Source of the DNA: Methanobacteriota archaeon
GTDB taxonomy: Archaea > Thermoplasmatota > Poseidoniia > Poseidoniales > Poseidoniaceae
Assembly: GCA_009937205.1 (NCBI GenBank)
Contig: JAACCR010000065.1
Span: 1 to 46,920, forward strand
Reading direction: 5' to 3'
Length of the DNA: 46,920 nt
Both the position numbers and the translations under genes were made by a program. How positions within the stretch are numbered: position 1 is the stretch's first letter; each line of letters starts with the position of its first letter. A model generated the notes under the pieces. That model was not told the origin of the DNA. It searched no databases and saw only the letters and a list, made by a program, of their open reading frames with translations. Shown here one piece after another: positions 1 through 9,094 of the stretch.

Positions 1-100
1 ATATTATTCCATCTATTCTTTTCGTGAGGTTGATAAGGGTCCGATTGCAGGAAGGAATTGCGGCTCAAAGTTCAATAGGTGTCGCCACCGAGGAAGATTG

Positions 101-727
101 ATGATGATGGATACACCACCGAATGTCGTAAAGACTGGAACAAGCACAATTGGGATTACTTTTGCCGACGGAGTCGTTGTTGGCGCTGATCATAGAGCAA
201 CTATGGGGCACTTTATTGCAAACAAGAATGTGCAGAAGCTATTCCAAATCGGAAAAAACCTCGCTCTAACAACTGCAGGTCTCGTAGGTCATGCACAATC
301 ACTTTCAAGAACTCTATCAGCAGAAATTTCTCTGTTTGAACTTCGTCGGCAACAGCCAATGACTGTCAAAGGTGCTGCGACAATGACAGCAAATATTCTA
401 GTCGGCAAACCTCACTGGGTACAATTATTGATTGTAGGTGTGGATGAAGATGGTGGCCATGTATACTCTATCGACTCCGCAGGCGGCTCTATTCCTGATT
501 CCTATTGCGCTACTGGTTCAGGCTCTCCATACATGTATGGTGTCCTAGAAGACAATTTTACAGAGGGCATGAATAGAAGCGAAGCATTGAAACTCGCGGC
601 ACGCGCCCTTCACGCATCGGGGCAGCGTGATGCAGCCTCCGGCAACGGTATGGATTTGGCAGTAATTACTGCCAAAGACGGCTACCAGCAAGTCTCTGAG
701 CAAGAGATCTCCAAACTACTCAAGTGA
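101..727 (+). CDS. psmB: 20S proteasome beta subunit
   Basis: Short propeptide ending KTG followed by catalytic Thr (KTG/TSTIG), AD.RAT and ATGSGS motifs, RDAASG near the C-terminus. The exact start among the tandem ATGs at 101/104/107 is uncertain. Confidence 0.97.
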   Translation: MMMDTPPNVVKTGTSTIGITFADGVVVGADHRATMGHFIANKNVQKLFQIGKNLALTTAGLVGHAQSLSRTLSAEISLFELRRQQPMTVKGAATMTANILVGKPHWVQLLIVGVDEDGGHVYSIDSAGGSIPDSYCATGSGSPYMYGVLEDNFTEGMNRSEALKLAARALHASGQRDAASGNGMDLAVITAKDGYQQVSEQEISKLLK

Positions 728-738
728 GTATATTCCAA

Positions 739-810
739 TTCCCGCAACTCCATGTTGCAACCACGCTGAGTGGGTACTGCCAATTTATTGGGCGGAGTGG
801 GAGAAGGTGA
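739..810 (+). promoter_or_regulatory. Candidate structured 5' leader of fttA with Shine-Dalgarno
   Basis: Hairpins GCAAC/GTTGC (744-758), CCAC/GTGG (761-773) and CTGCCAA/TTGGGCGG (777-795), closed by TCCC/GGGA (740-743/799-802). AGGTGA SD at 805-810. Confidence 0.35.
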
Positions 811-814
811 GTTA

Positions 815-2719
815 ATGCGCCAAACGTTTAAACAATTAAAAGATGAAATAGCCAAGATAATCCCTGATTCAGTGGATTATTCAGTTGATTTAGAAGCCGG
901 TGACATTGTCATTGTGACTACTATGTTGGATAGATTTACAGGTTCAGAAGGATTCTTGGGTAAGATTTCTAAGACCATTAAGAAGAAAGTGATCTTAAGA
1001 CCTGATGAAAGCATAATGCTGTCAGAAGAAGAAACTACGAAAATAATCAAAGAAATAATTCCAGATGATGTGGAAATTCGACAGATTTACTTCGATGAAT
1101 GCTTACGAGAACTGATTATTCAGTGCGATAAACCAGGAAATGCAATCGGAAGAAAAGGTGCAAATATAAAAGAAATCAGAGATCAATGTGGCTGGCTGGT
1201 TAAGGTGGAAAGAACCCCACCGATTCATTCTAAGACGGTTCATGACATTCGAGGATATAGGCAAGCAAATCACAAAGAAAGGAGAAAATTATTGAAGGAC
1301 TTTGGTCTAAATATCTACAGGCCAACAAGACCAGGCCAACAATGGGCTCGTTTAACTGCCCTTGGATCCTACCGAGAGGTAGGTAGGGCTTGCCATTACA
1401 TTACAACAAACGAATCAAGGGTGATGGTTGATGTCGGGGTCAATATCGCTAGCGATACCGATCCGATGCCGTACTTCACTGCACCTGAAGCTTTACCAAT
1501 TGAGAAGTTAGATGCAGTAGTTTTGACGCATTCACATCTAGATCACGCTGGAATGCTTCCTGTTTTGTTCAAGTACGGTTACAAAGGTCCAGTTTACTGT
1601 ACACCTCCAACCCGTGATTTGATGCTTTTATTGCAGACTGATTATTTGAAAGTTAGTGGCGCTGAAGGGAAAAGATGCCCATATGAGATGGAAGATATTC
1701 GCACCTGTATGAAGCACGTGGTGGATGTCAATTGGGGAGAAACAACACAAATTACTCCAGATGTAAAATTGACTTTCTCTAATGCGGGACACATCTTAGG
1801 TTCTTCTGCAGTTCACTTGCAGATTGGTGAGGGCAAGCATAATATTGTGCTATCCGGTGACCAAAAGTACGAGAAATCATGGCTGTTCGATGCTGCAAAT
1901 ACTAGATTCCCACGCGTTGAAACTTTAGTTTTAGAATCAACATATGGTGCATCTGGAGATTATCAACCAAGCCGTCAAGAAGCGAATCAAGAATTACAGG
2001 ATATTGTTTCAAGGACACTTAGGAGAGGTGGTAAAATCATTTGTCCGGTTTTCGCAGTAGGTCGTAGTCAAGAAGTAATGATTGCAATCGATGAACTATT
2101 CCGTTCTGGTGCAGTGAAACCGGTACCAGTATGGCTCGATGGAATGATTCAGGAAGCAACAGCAATTCACGCATCACACCCAGATTATCTAACAAGTAGT
2201 CTAAGGAAATCCTTGCTACAAGATGATGGAGAAAATCCATTCACTAGTGCATGGTTTAGACCGGTAAAGGGAAGAGAGTTACGAGATAGTATTATTCATG
2301 ATTCTTCACCATGTATTGTCCTAGCAACATCTGGAATGATGAGTGGAGGACCGGTAATGGAATATTTCAAACACTGGGCTCATGAAGATAGAAACTCACT
2401 TTGTTTCGTTGGATATCAAGCAGAAGGAACTCTAGGAAGAAGATTGCAAAAAGGATTCGGAGAAGTTCCAATGGTAATAAATGGTAAAACCGAAATCGTA
2501 AAGGTTGGTTGTGAAATGCTGACAATTGATGGATTTTCAGGTCACTCCGATCGCAAACAATTGCTAGAATTCGTTGACCAAATAAACCCGAAGCCGCAGA
2601 ATATTATTTGCCACCACGGTGATTATTTCAAATGTAATGAACTTGGTAGAACTTTACGAGATCGCTACAAATGTAGAACATACGCTCCAAAGAATCTAGA
2701 AACAGTTCGTTTGATGTGA
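815..2719 (+). CDS. fttA: aCPSF1/FttA beta-CASP ribonuclease, transcription termination factor
   Basis: N-terminal KH domains (AIGRKG), metallo-beta-lactamase THSHLDH, AGHILGS, AVGRSQE, ATSGM, GFSGHSD. The position after psmB is the usual archaeal arrangement. Start placed at ATG 815 behind SD AGGTGA. Confidence 0.97.
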   Translation: MRQTFKQLKDEIAKIIPDSVDYSVDLEAGDIVIVTTMLDRFTGSEGFLGKISKTIKKKVILRPDESIMLSEEETTKIIKEIIPDDVEIRQIYFDECLRELIIQCDKPGNAIGRKGANIKEIRDQCGWLVKVERTPPIHSKTVHDIRGYRQANHKERRKLLKDFGLNIYRPTRPGQQWARLTALGSYREVGRACHYITTNESRVMVDVGVNIASDTDPMPYFTAPEALPIEKLDAVVLTHSHLDHAGMLPVLFKYGYKGPVYCTPPTRDLMLLLQTDYLKVSGAEGKRCPYEMEDIRTCMKHVVDVNWGETTQITPDVKLTFSNAGHILGSSAVHLQIGEGKHNIVLSGDQKYEKSWLFDAANTRFPRVETLVLESTYGASGDYQPSRQEANQELQDIVSRTLRRGGKIICPVFAVGRSQEVMIAIDELFRSGAVKPVPVWLDGMIQEATAIHASHPDYLTSSLRKSLLQDDGENPFTSAWFRPVKGRELRDSIIHDSSPCIVLATSGMMSGGPVMEYFKHWAHEDRNSLCFVGYQAEGTLGRRLQKGFGEVPMVINGKTEIVKVGCEMLTIDGFSGHSDRKQLLEFVDQINPKPQNIICHHGDYFKCNELGRTLRDRYKCRTYAPKNLETVRLM

Positions 2720-3025
2720 TCACATCAAGGGAATATCGTAGCCAGATTGAATTGGATCTGGGATTGCTGTTTGAGTTTCTTCAATTGAAGTTTGTCCAGT
2801 ATTACTAGTTTTAGTCGCTATGTGATTTAGCCCAGCACTAGAAGAGGGTGAATTGTTTTTCTTTTCACTTGCTAATGTTGATGTTAACAATATCAAAACA
2901 ATTGAAAATATGACTGCTGGAAGTATTAAATTATAGTTTTTTGTGGTGACTACATGTTGAGCAAAAATCAAAATCACAAAAAGAATGATGGCTAATGACA
3001 TCATTCGTCTAGAAAGCAGTTCCAC
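2720..3025 (-). CDS. Small membrane protein, two TM helices, unknown function
   Basis: Two hydrophobic segments then a polar tail ending IPDP..SGYDIPLM. It fills the gap between fttA and the next gene. Confidence 0.7.
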   Translation of the reverse strand: MELLSRRMMSLAIILFVILIFAQHVVTTKNYNLILPAVIFSIVLILLTSTLASEKKNNSPSSSAGLNHIATKTSNTGQTSIEETQTAIPDPIQSGYDIPLM

Positions 3026-3046
3026 AATGTCGGGTGAACCACTCTA

Positions 3047-3054
3047 TTCATGAA
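3047..3054. promoter_or_regulatory. Palindromic TTCATGAA, candidate bidirectional core promoter
   Basis: Perfect 8-bp palindrome. TTCAT begins 29 nt before the minus-strand GTG (3025) and 30 nt before the plus-strand ATG (3077). Confidence 0.5.
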
Positions 3055-3076
3055 CCTGTTGCACCTCTGCTAACTC

Positions 3077-3748
3077 ATGATATCATCAACGAACCCTCAA
3101 CAATCCTCCGCCGCTTGCCCAGGATGGCTGATGACTGCCGTCGCTCCTTGGGGTGAAAATGAAGAAGATGCATTTGACCAAGGTCTAGTTGAATTAGGTC
3201 TGGGAGATGCGCGTTTAATCCAAGTAAAGGGAGCCATGTTACCATTAGGATTTGAAGCCGTACCTCCACAAGCATTGCCGATGGGTTCCTTAGTAGAATG
3301 CCATTTAGCAACATCATTTGCATGGAGTGGTGCTAGTGCATGCGCTGGTGTTGCATGGGCATTTTGTCAGACACCTGAAGGAGATGAATGCGCAATTGTT
3401 GCAACGATATCAACGAATTTAGATTATGATGAAACGTCATTATTACTGCGAAGAAATTTACAACGAAGACTCGCGAGTAGGGATTTAGAAGTTGTTTCAT
3501 TTGATTTAGCAGTTGATGAAGTTACAGCTGCCGGTGACCACCATGGCGTTGCAATGGCTGCACTGATTTTACCTAATTCATTATCACTTGGAGCAAATAC
3601 TGCTACTGGTCCTGTTCGAGGCGGATTAACTCGCCAAGCATCCGATTCTGCGGTTAATCGTGTTGAGGTTAAAGCACCCGCTGCACCTGCATTGAGACCG
3701 GGTGGAAGAAAGCCAAATATTTCTGGAGATACAGATTTTTCACTCTAA
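3077..3748 (+). CDS. Pyruvoyl-dependent arginine decarboxylase (PdaD)-like protein, probably catalytically inactive
   Basis: GENEEDAFDQGLVELGLGDARLIQV matches the family pattern G....AFD.AL..AGIG..NLI; LPMGSLV and ACAGVAWA also match. The Ser-Ser self-cleavage site is replaced by KG. Confidence 0.7.
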   Translation: MISSTNPQQSSAACPGWLMTAVAPWGENEEDAFDQGLVELGLGDARLIQVKGAMLPLGFEAVPPQALPMGSLVECHLATSFAWSGASACAGVAWAFCQTPEGDECAIVATISTNLDYDETSLLLRRNLQRRLASRDLEVVSFDLAVDEVTAAGDHHGVAMAALILPNSLSLGANTATGPVRGGLTRQASDSAVNRVEVKAPAAPALRPGGRKPNISGDTDFSL

Positions 3749-3778
3749 TTAATTAAGTCTTGATTGGGTTTGAGAATT

Positions 3779-4216
3779 ATGCAAGGAAAACAATGGATAG
3801 TTGTTCGTTGCCGTGCGTGCAAAATCTGTCATGGTTCAAATGGTAATTACAAGAGGTGTCCGCACTGTGGAAATGTGATCGGTGAAAATGCAGAAATTGT
3901 ATCAACAGTTAATTCTGAGACAGAACTTAGAATGGAAGTTGCAATTGCCAATACTCCTGAGGAATTGCGGGGTACTCTGAGGAAAAAATTGCAATCGACC
4001 GAAGCACTTGTCCAGAATTCAGACCCACCCGCATTCACTATGGCTAAATGGGTACATCAATCAGCTGATGAAAACGGTGAAGTTACTATTCATTCAGTAA
4101 CTACAACGATAGAATCTAAAAACACCGATATTGACCCTGAAGATTTGATTTCTATGGCAGAAACGCAAGGTATGTTACTCCGTATTGGCAAAAACCGCTG
4201 GACTCTTCTTGAGTGA
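3779..4216 (+). CDS. Zinc-ribbon protein with C-terminal winged-helix-like segment (DUF1922/DUF5817-like)
   Basis: WIVVRCRAC...RCPHCG double CxxC; C-terminal LISMAETQGMLLRIGKNRWTLL. The family name is from recollection. Confidence 0.7.
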   Translation: MQGKQWIVVRCRACKICHGSNGNYKRCPHCGNVIGENAEIVSTVNSETELRMEVAIANTPEELRGTLRKKLQSTEALVQNSDPPAFTMAKWVHQSADENGEVTIHSVTTTIESKNTDIDPEDLISMAETQGMLLRIGKNRWTLLE

Positions 4217-4250
4217 AGTTCATATGGTAAAGGCTGTGGCAAAGAATCAA

Positions 4251-4325
4251 GGGCGTATGGGTTAGTTTGGCCTATACTCGGGCGTTTGGGACGCTTGGAC
4301 CCAAGTTCAAATCTTGGTACGCCCA
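4251..4325 (+). tRNA. tRNA-Pro (TGG)
   Basis: Acceptor GGGCGTA/TACGCCC, anticodon loop TTTGGGA, T-arm CCAAG-TTCAAAT-CTTGG. No intron; CCA not encoded. Confidence 0.96.
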
Positions 4326-4366
4326 CTTTATTGATATTGCCAATAGTCTAATGACTATGCATTTAC

Positions 4367-4702
4367 TCAGTCCTTATCTGGTAATGTTATCGAGTGAACC
4401 CAAATAATGTGGAATCCAAATTGGGTTTTGATAAAACGTTGTGGAATAGTTTCTGGCTGCATAGACCAAACTTCTTCTTCAAAATCCTGAACCATTTGTC
4501 CTTCAACAAATTCTCCTAAATCTCCTTTTTTTGAGCCACTAGAGCAAGTAGAGTATTTTTTTGCTAACTTTTTGAACTCTTTCAAGGGCTTCTTTGCTCC
4601 TTGTATCGCATCAAGACATTCCTTTGCATCAGGCTTGTTAGCAACCAATATATGACGGACATGAGCAAGTCTTGGTTTCCTTCTTCTATCATGTCTACGC
4701 AT
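4367..4702 (-). CDS. Parvulin-type peptidyl-prolyl isomerase (PpiC family)
   Basis: HVRHILV, FKKLAKKYSTC.S...GDLGEF..GQMV, IKTQFGFHII. Confidence 0.93.
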   Translation of the reverse strand: MRRHDRRRKPRLAHVRHILVANKPDAKECLDAIQGAKKPLKEFKKLAKKYSTCSSGSKKGDLGEFVEGQMVQDFEEEVWSMQPETIPQRFIKTQFGFHIIWVHSITLPDKD

Positions 4703-4737
4703 TGATTAAACCCCCTTGGTTGTAAAGCACTGACATC

Positions 4738-5679
4738 TCATTCTATGTCAACCCTCAGTTCCTGTTTGACGGCTACAGCCATTCTATCAAAAAGATGTGC
4801 ACATAGCCAAGCGAAAGTCACGATGATTACTATTGGTATTCCTAGTTCCACTAAAGAACGTTCTAAATCGGTTGAGATTCCTGGAATCAAGGCCAGCCAA
4901 CCGATGCAATATGAAATACAAGCGAAAATTGTGTGAGGTGAAACTTGGCGGGAAAATAGCCAAGAGAAGTTTCTAACATGGTGTTGTATAATCATCATTA
5001 GTCCGACTTTGAAAAAAAATGAGGTACTATTTATCCCTGAAGTTTGATCTCCATAAATTGCTCTGACAGGATGGTGTTCTATTTTCCATCCATATTTTGC
5101 TAACTGTATTAACCAGTAATTTGGATATCCGTATCCCTTCCAAGACTTGTTCCAATTCCAATTGCGCAGAACCGTATCACTTGTTGCAGTATATCCACAT
5201 TGAGGATCAGATATTGTTTGACCAGCCGCTAGAGTGGTGAAAAAGGACAGTAATATGGTTGCTAGCCTACGAATCAAAGGCATTTCTCTAAGCCCATCAC
5301 TATGTAAAAGCCGATCTCCTTTGATATGTTCACCTTTGCCGGAGATTACATTTCCAACTAAACCCTCAAGGTCATCTGGGTCCATTTGGCCATCTCCAGC
5401 CATTACGGCACTAACAAACTTTGAATCCGCAAATAGTTGGATTAGTTTTTGATGGCCTGTATCAATTGCATTTCCTACTCCAAACCCTCCTAATGTGATT
5501 ATGGTTACTTCTGCACTACATTTTGTAGAACTTGCAATTTCAGCCGTACCATCGGATGAACCGTCATCAATTACGATCACATGGTCAACAAATGGAGGTA
5601 TTGTCGAAACAACACGCCCAATGTGGCTAGATTCATTACGAGCGGGAATGACTACGCCAATGCCCCACCCTTGCAACAT
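4738..5679 (-). CDS. Glycosyltransferase family 2 with C-terminal TM helices
   Basis: VVIPARNE, VIDDGSSDGT, AGDGQMDP, DPQCGY. Start placed at ATG 5679. Confidence 0.92.
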   Translation of the reverse strand: MLQGWGIGVVIPARNESSHIGRVVSTIPPFVDHVIVIDDGSSDGTAEIASSTKCSAEVTIITLGGFGVGNAIDTGHQKLIQLFADSKFVSAVMAGDGQMDPDDLEGLVGNVISGKGEHIKGDRLLHSDGLREMPLIRRLATILLSFFTTLAAGQTISDPQCGYTATSDTVLRNWNWNKSWKGYGYPNYWLIQLAKYGWKIEHHPVRAIYGDQTSGINSTSFFFKVGLMMIIQHHVRNFSWLFSRQVSPHTIFACISYCIGWLALIPGISTDLERSLVELGIPIVIIVTFAWLCAHLFDRMAVAVKQELRVDIE

Positions 5680-5814
5680 GAATTGACGTGGGGCTGTCCA
5701 ACCTATAACTAAGCGCAAAATCTAATCTCCGTTTTGGAAAATGATTAAAGGAATCCACATTGAAATTAATTTTGCTAGGTATAATTGATAGAGGAAGAAA
5801 GGCACAGTGGTTTT

Positions 5815-6645
5815 GTGAGCAATGAATTACGGGTCATCTTGATCGGTCGCGATGTAGAATTGCGAGTCATTTCACTGATAGTTCGTTGCCGTTCCGTAGC
5901 AGATGAGGTTATTTTCCTCGATTTGGGGTCAAATGACGAGACTGTTGAACTGGCATCGGAAGTAGATTGCCCAGTTTTAAATTATGACGATGAATTGGAA
6001 ACAGCCAAAATTGTTAATTTTTTGCGTAATAGCAAATTAGAGGAAATTGCCAGTACTCTTCTAATTCATATCACACCAAGCTGGAAACTTCGGGATTTGC
6101 CACTAACGGTCAATAGAGCGCGGGATAATTGGGATTTGCATATAGCCGTAAAGGGTGCTGGTAAGGAAAATATCAATACAGAAGAAATCGTATTATCAAG
6201 TGTTGAATTTAATCATCTTGTATTTACTCCTAAAGGAATGGAAGCTTTGTCTAATTTGAGTCCACTTGCTAATGCTATGGATTTGCCAGAAAACCTCAGA
6301 GTGAGAGTAGTTAGTTCTAATTCACCGGTAGGCTTGCCGCAACGTGAGTCTCTAGCGACCGCAAGTCGCTTCGCTCAACTATTCTATTGGATGATAGAAT
6401 CCAAACACCCTTCGTTCTTATTCGGAATTCCTGGAATTGTTTTATTCGTATTGGGATATAAATTATCAGGCAATGTTGTTGATACCTTCGATGAGTTGAA
6501 TTCAACATCCATAGGTGTTACATTATCTGTTATTGCGATGACAATGATCGGATTATTTGCAATGATGGTCGCACTGATCCTCTATATCATGGGTAAACAA
6601 GCAGAGCAGATACAATCTCAATATGATTGGAAAAACAAGGATTGA
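5815..6645 (+). CDS. Degenerate GT2-like membrane protein
   Basis: ADEVIFLDLGSNDET resembles the GT2 DDGS.D.T motif but no DxD follows. The C-terminal KHPSFLFGIPG plus two TMs resembles the tail of the GT2 at 20186-21121. GTG 5815 has TTGAT at -30. Confidence 0.7.
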   Translation: MSNELRVILIGRDVELRVISLIVRCRSVADEVIFLDLGSNDETVELASEVDCPVLNYDDELETAKIVNFLRNSKLEEIASTLLIHITPSWKLRDLPLTVNRARDNWDLHIAVKGAGKENINTEEIVLSSVEFNHLVFTPKGMEALSNLSPLANAMDLPENLRVRVVSSNSPVGLPQRESLATASRFAQLFYWMIESKHPSFLFGIPGIVLFVLGYKLSGNVVDTFDELNSTSIGVTLSVIAMTMIGLFAMMVALILYIMGKQAEQIQSQYDWKNKD

Positions 6646-6654
6646 GAGAATCTA

Positions 6655-7431
6655 ATGGGTGATAATATGGGTGAGTACAGAGGATTAGTATGTCTTGATA
6701 TGGACCGTGTTCTAGTAGATCACCTTTCTACGTGGCAATATGTCTATGATAAGTTAGGAATAAATAATGATGAATCGTTTGAACTTTACAATCAGGGATT
6801 ACTCAATGAATGGGACTGGATAAAGTTGGACATTGCTCTTCTAAAAGGTAGCAGAAGTGCACCTGATAAAGTATTGACAGATTCAGAAATGAGAGGGCAT
6901 CTATTAGGTGCTCCTATGATGAATAATTATAACAAACTGATTACAACTTTAATTGATAATAATTTCGCAGTAGCAATAGTAAGTGGTGGCTTACAACAAA
7001 CGGCAAGAGATATTGCGGCCGAATTTCCAAGTGACAAAAAGTGGAGAAAGCGATGGGGCGGAATCGACCGCCATACCAGTGAAAGAATTTGTTCTGGATT
7101 TGATACTAAACTTCATGTTTTTACCAATGGGTGGTTAGTTGGAAAGGCGTTGCCCAATGGAGATCATGAGTTAGATGATTTTGGTAGATATCAAGTTCAG
7201 ATGAATGGTAAAGGTGCGATAGTGAAAATGCTTCAAAGAAGATTGGGCATTAGCAAAGATAGAACTGCATCAGTCGGTGATTCTGCCGGAGACATAGGAA
7301 TGTTTGCAGAATCTAAATTAGCAATTTGTTTCAATCCCTGGGATGATAGGCCAAAAGAGCATGCCGATGTTGTTGTTGATGAAAAAGATCTTTCAATAGT
7401 GTTAGATTTAATCCTAAATGCCATAAATTAG
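6655..7431 (+). CDS. HAD-superfamily phosphatase (phosphoserine phosphatase-like)
   Basis: Motif I DMDRVL, motif II IVSGG, conserved K (NGKG), motif IV GDSAGD. The true start may be ATG 6667 (GGTGA SD). Confidence 0.88.
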   Translation: MGDNMGEYRGLVCLDMDRVLVDHLSTWQYVYDKLGINNDESFELYNQGLLNEWDWIKLDIALLKGSRSAPDKVLTDSEMRGHLLGAPMMNNYNKLITTLIDNNFAVAIVSGGLQQTARDIAAEFPSDKKWRKRWGGIDRHTSERICSGFDTKLHVFTNGWLVGKALPNGDHELDDFGRYQVQMNGKGAIVKMLQRRLGISKDRTASVGDSAGDIGMFAESKLAICFNPWDDRPKEHADVVVDEKDLSIVLDLILNAIN

Positions 7432-7479
7432 GGTTTTTGTGCAAGAATTGATAACTTCGCCACCACATAGCGTGTATCA

Positions 7480-7593
7480 ATGAACGGTATTGAGGACATT
7501 TTTATTTCATCATTTTGCCCGCATTGTGGATTTATGTTGGGCGAATTTGTACCTGGATTACCGTGCCCTCATTGCGGGGAGCCACTCATCTAA
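7480..7593 (+). CDS. 37-aa double CPxCG zinc-finger microprotein (below ORF-track cutoff)
   Basis: Translates to MNGIEDIFISSFCPHCGFMLGEFVPGLPCPHCGEPLI*. It has two CPHCG motifs and TTGAT 32 nt upstream. Confidence 0.75.
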   Translation: MNGIEDIFISSFCPHCGFMLGEFVPGLPCPHCGEPLI

Positions 7594-7598
7594 GTGCA

Positions 7599-8948
7599 TC
7601 AAGGTGAAACTCTTCGTGAATCTCTAGGGAATGGAATTACTTCCCTAATGTGGTCTGCACCAGTTAGCCAAGAACATACTCGATCAACGCCGAGTCCGAA
7701 TCCGCCATGAGGAACTCCACCGTACGATCTAGTATCGATGTAAAATTGGTATGCTGCCTTATCAGTCCCCTCTTCATCAAGTCGAGCAAGTAATTCTGCT
7801 TCTGACCAAGTTCTTTCACCACCACCAATGATTTCTCCATATCCTTCAGGTGCTAATAGGTCGTGACAAAGAACATATTTTTCCTCATCTGGATCAACTC
7901 TGTGGTAGAATGGTTTTGCAATCTTTGGATAATGGGTTAGGAAGTGTGGGACGTCAAAGTCTTGAGTCAATACCTTCTCCTTTGAATAATCTAAGTCTTG
8001 GCCCCATTCGACATCAACTCCCATACCCTGCAATGTTTCAACCGCTTCATCATATCTCATTCTAGGATATGGACTATCAGCGTATCTTGCTATCAGTTCA
8101 AGGTCTCTGCCAATGCTTTCAAGTTCAGTTGAACGGTTTTCAAGCAGGTCACTTGCAATCTTTCTAACGACACCTTCTCCATGAGACATTATCTCATCAT
8201 TGGTAGCCCATGCAACTTCCATTTCAGCGTGCCAAAACTCAGTTAAATGTCTTCTAGTGCGTGACTTTTCTGCACGGAATGAGGGGGCGATTGTGTATAA
8301 TCGTTCTAATGCAGGCATTGCTGCTTCTGCATAGAGTTGCCATGATTGGGTCAGGTACACCTTTCTTTCAGGATTCTTTTCCGTTGGAAAATATGGGACC
8401 TCAAACAAGGTGCTTCCACCTTCAACTGCACCTGCGACAAAATTAGGTGCTTGATATTCAGTAAAGTCTAGGTCTCTAAAGTAATTATGAATTGCCCCGA
8501 ATACAGTGCTGCGCATTTGTAACATCGAAGTCATTCTAGAAGTTCTAAGGTAGAGGTGGCGATTGTCAAGTAGAAACTCAGTCTCTCCACCATCAGCAGC
8601 TTTCATTGCCGATTCGGTAATTGGGAATGGATGTTCAGGATTTACACTACCCACTATTACAATTGAACTGGCAACCATTTCATGCCCACCATCTGCTCTC
8701 TCATCAGCATTTATCATACCAGTTATTTTTATTGATGATTCAATAAGTGCACCCTTTACTTGTTCAAATGATTCCTCGCCGATGGCATCTTTCTTGACAA
8801 CGCATTGAATTACTCCAGTAGAATCTCGTAATACTACGAAGCGGATTTTATTAGAACCACGGCTACGCTTTACCCAGCCCATTAATTCTACTTCTTGTCC
8901 GTCATATTTTCCGGCTTGGACATCGCCGATAAAGATGGTCTTTACCAT
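7599..8948 (-). CDS. asnS: Asparagine--tRNA ligase
   Basis: OB-fold N-terminus (FVVLRDSTG), motif 2 SFRAEKSRTRRHLTEFWH, GYGEIIGG, motif 3 PHGGFGLGVDR. Confidence 0.95.
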   Translation of the reverse strand: MVKTIFIGDVQAGKYDGQEVELMGWVKRSRGSNKIRFVVLRDSTGVIQCVVKKDAIGEESFEQVKGALIESSIKITGMINADERADGGHEMVASSIVIVGSVNPEHPFPITESAMKAADGGETEFLLDNRHLYLRTSRMTSMLQMRSTVFGAIHNYFRDLDFTEYQAPNFVAGAVEGGSTLFEVPYFPTEKNPERKVYLTQSWQLYAEAAMPALERLYTIAPSFRAEKSRTRRHLTEFWHAEMEVAWATNDEIMSHGEGVVRKIASDLLENRSTELESIGRDLELIARYADSPYPRMRYDEAVETLQGMGVDVEWGQDLDYSKEKVLTQDFDVPHFLTHYPKIAKPFYHRVDPDEEKYVLCHDLLAPEGYGEIIGGGERTWSEAELLARLDEEGTDKAAYQFYIDTRSYGGVPHGGFGLGVDRVCSWLTGADHIREVIPFPRDSRRVSP

Positions 8949-9094
8949 ATTCGCACCGGTTCTTCCTATAGCGCCTCGTAATTCAAGTTCACCCTCTACA
9001 ATACATCAATGGAAATAAAAAACAATAGCCAAAATGGCCACTAGTTACATCATTTATAGCAAAGTGTCAAAACGGAGTATTGTAAATTGTTACC

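Noticed and set aside
4090..4326. 78-aa minus-strand ORF MGVPRFELGS...
   Set aside because: Antisense translation of tRNA-Pro and the preceding gene.
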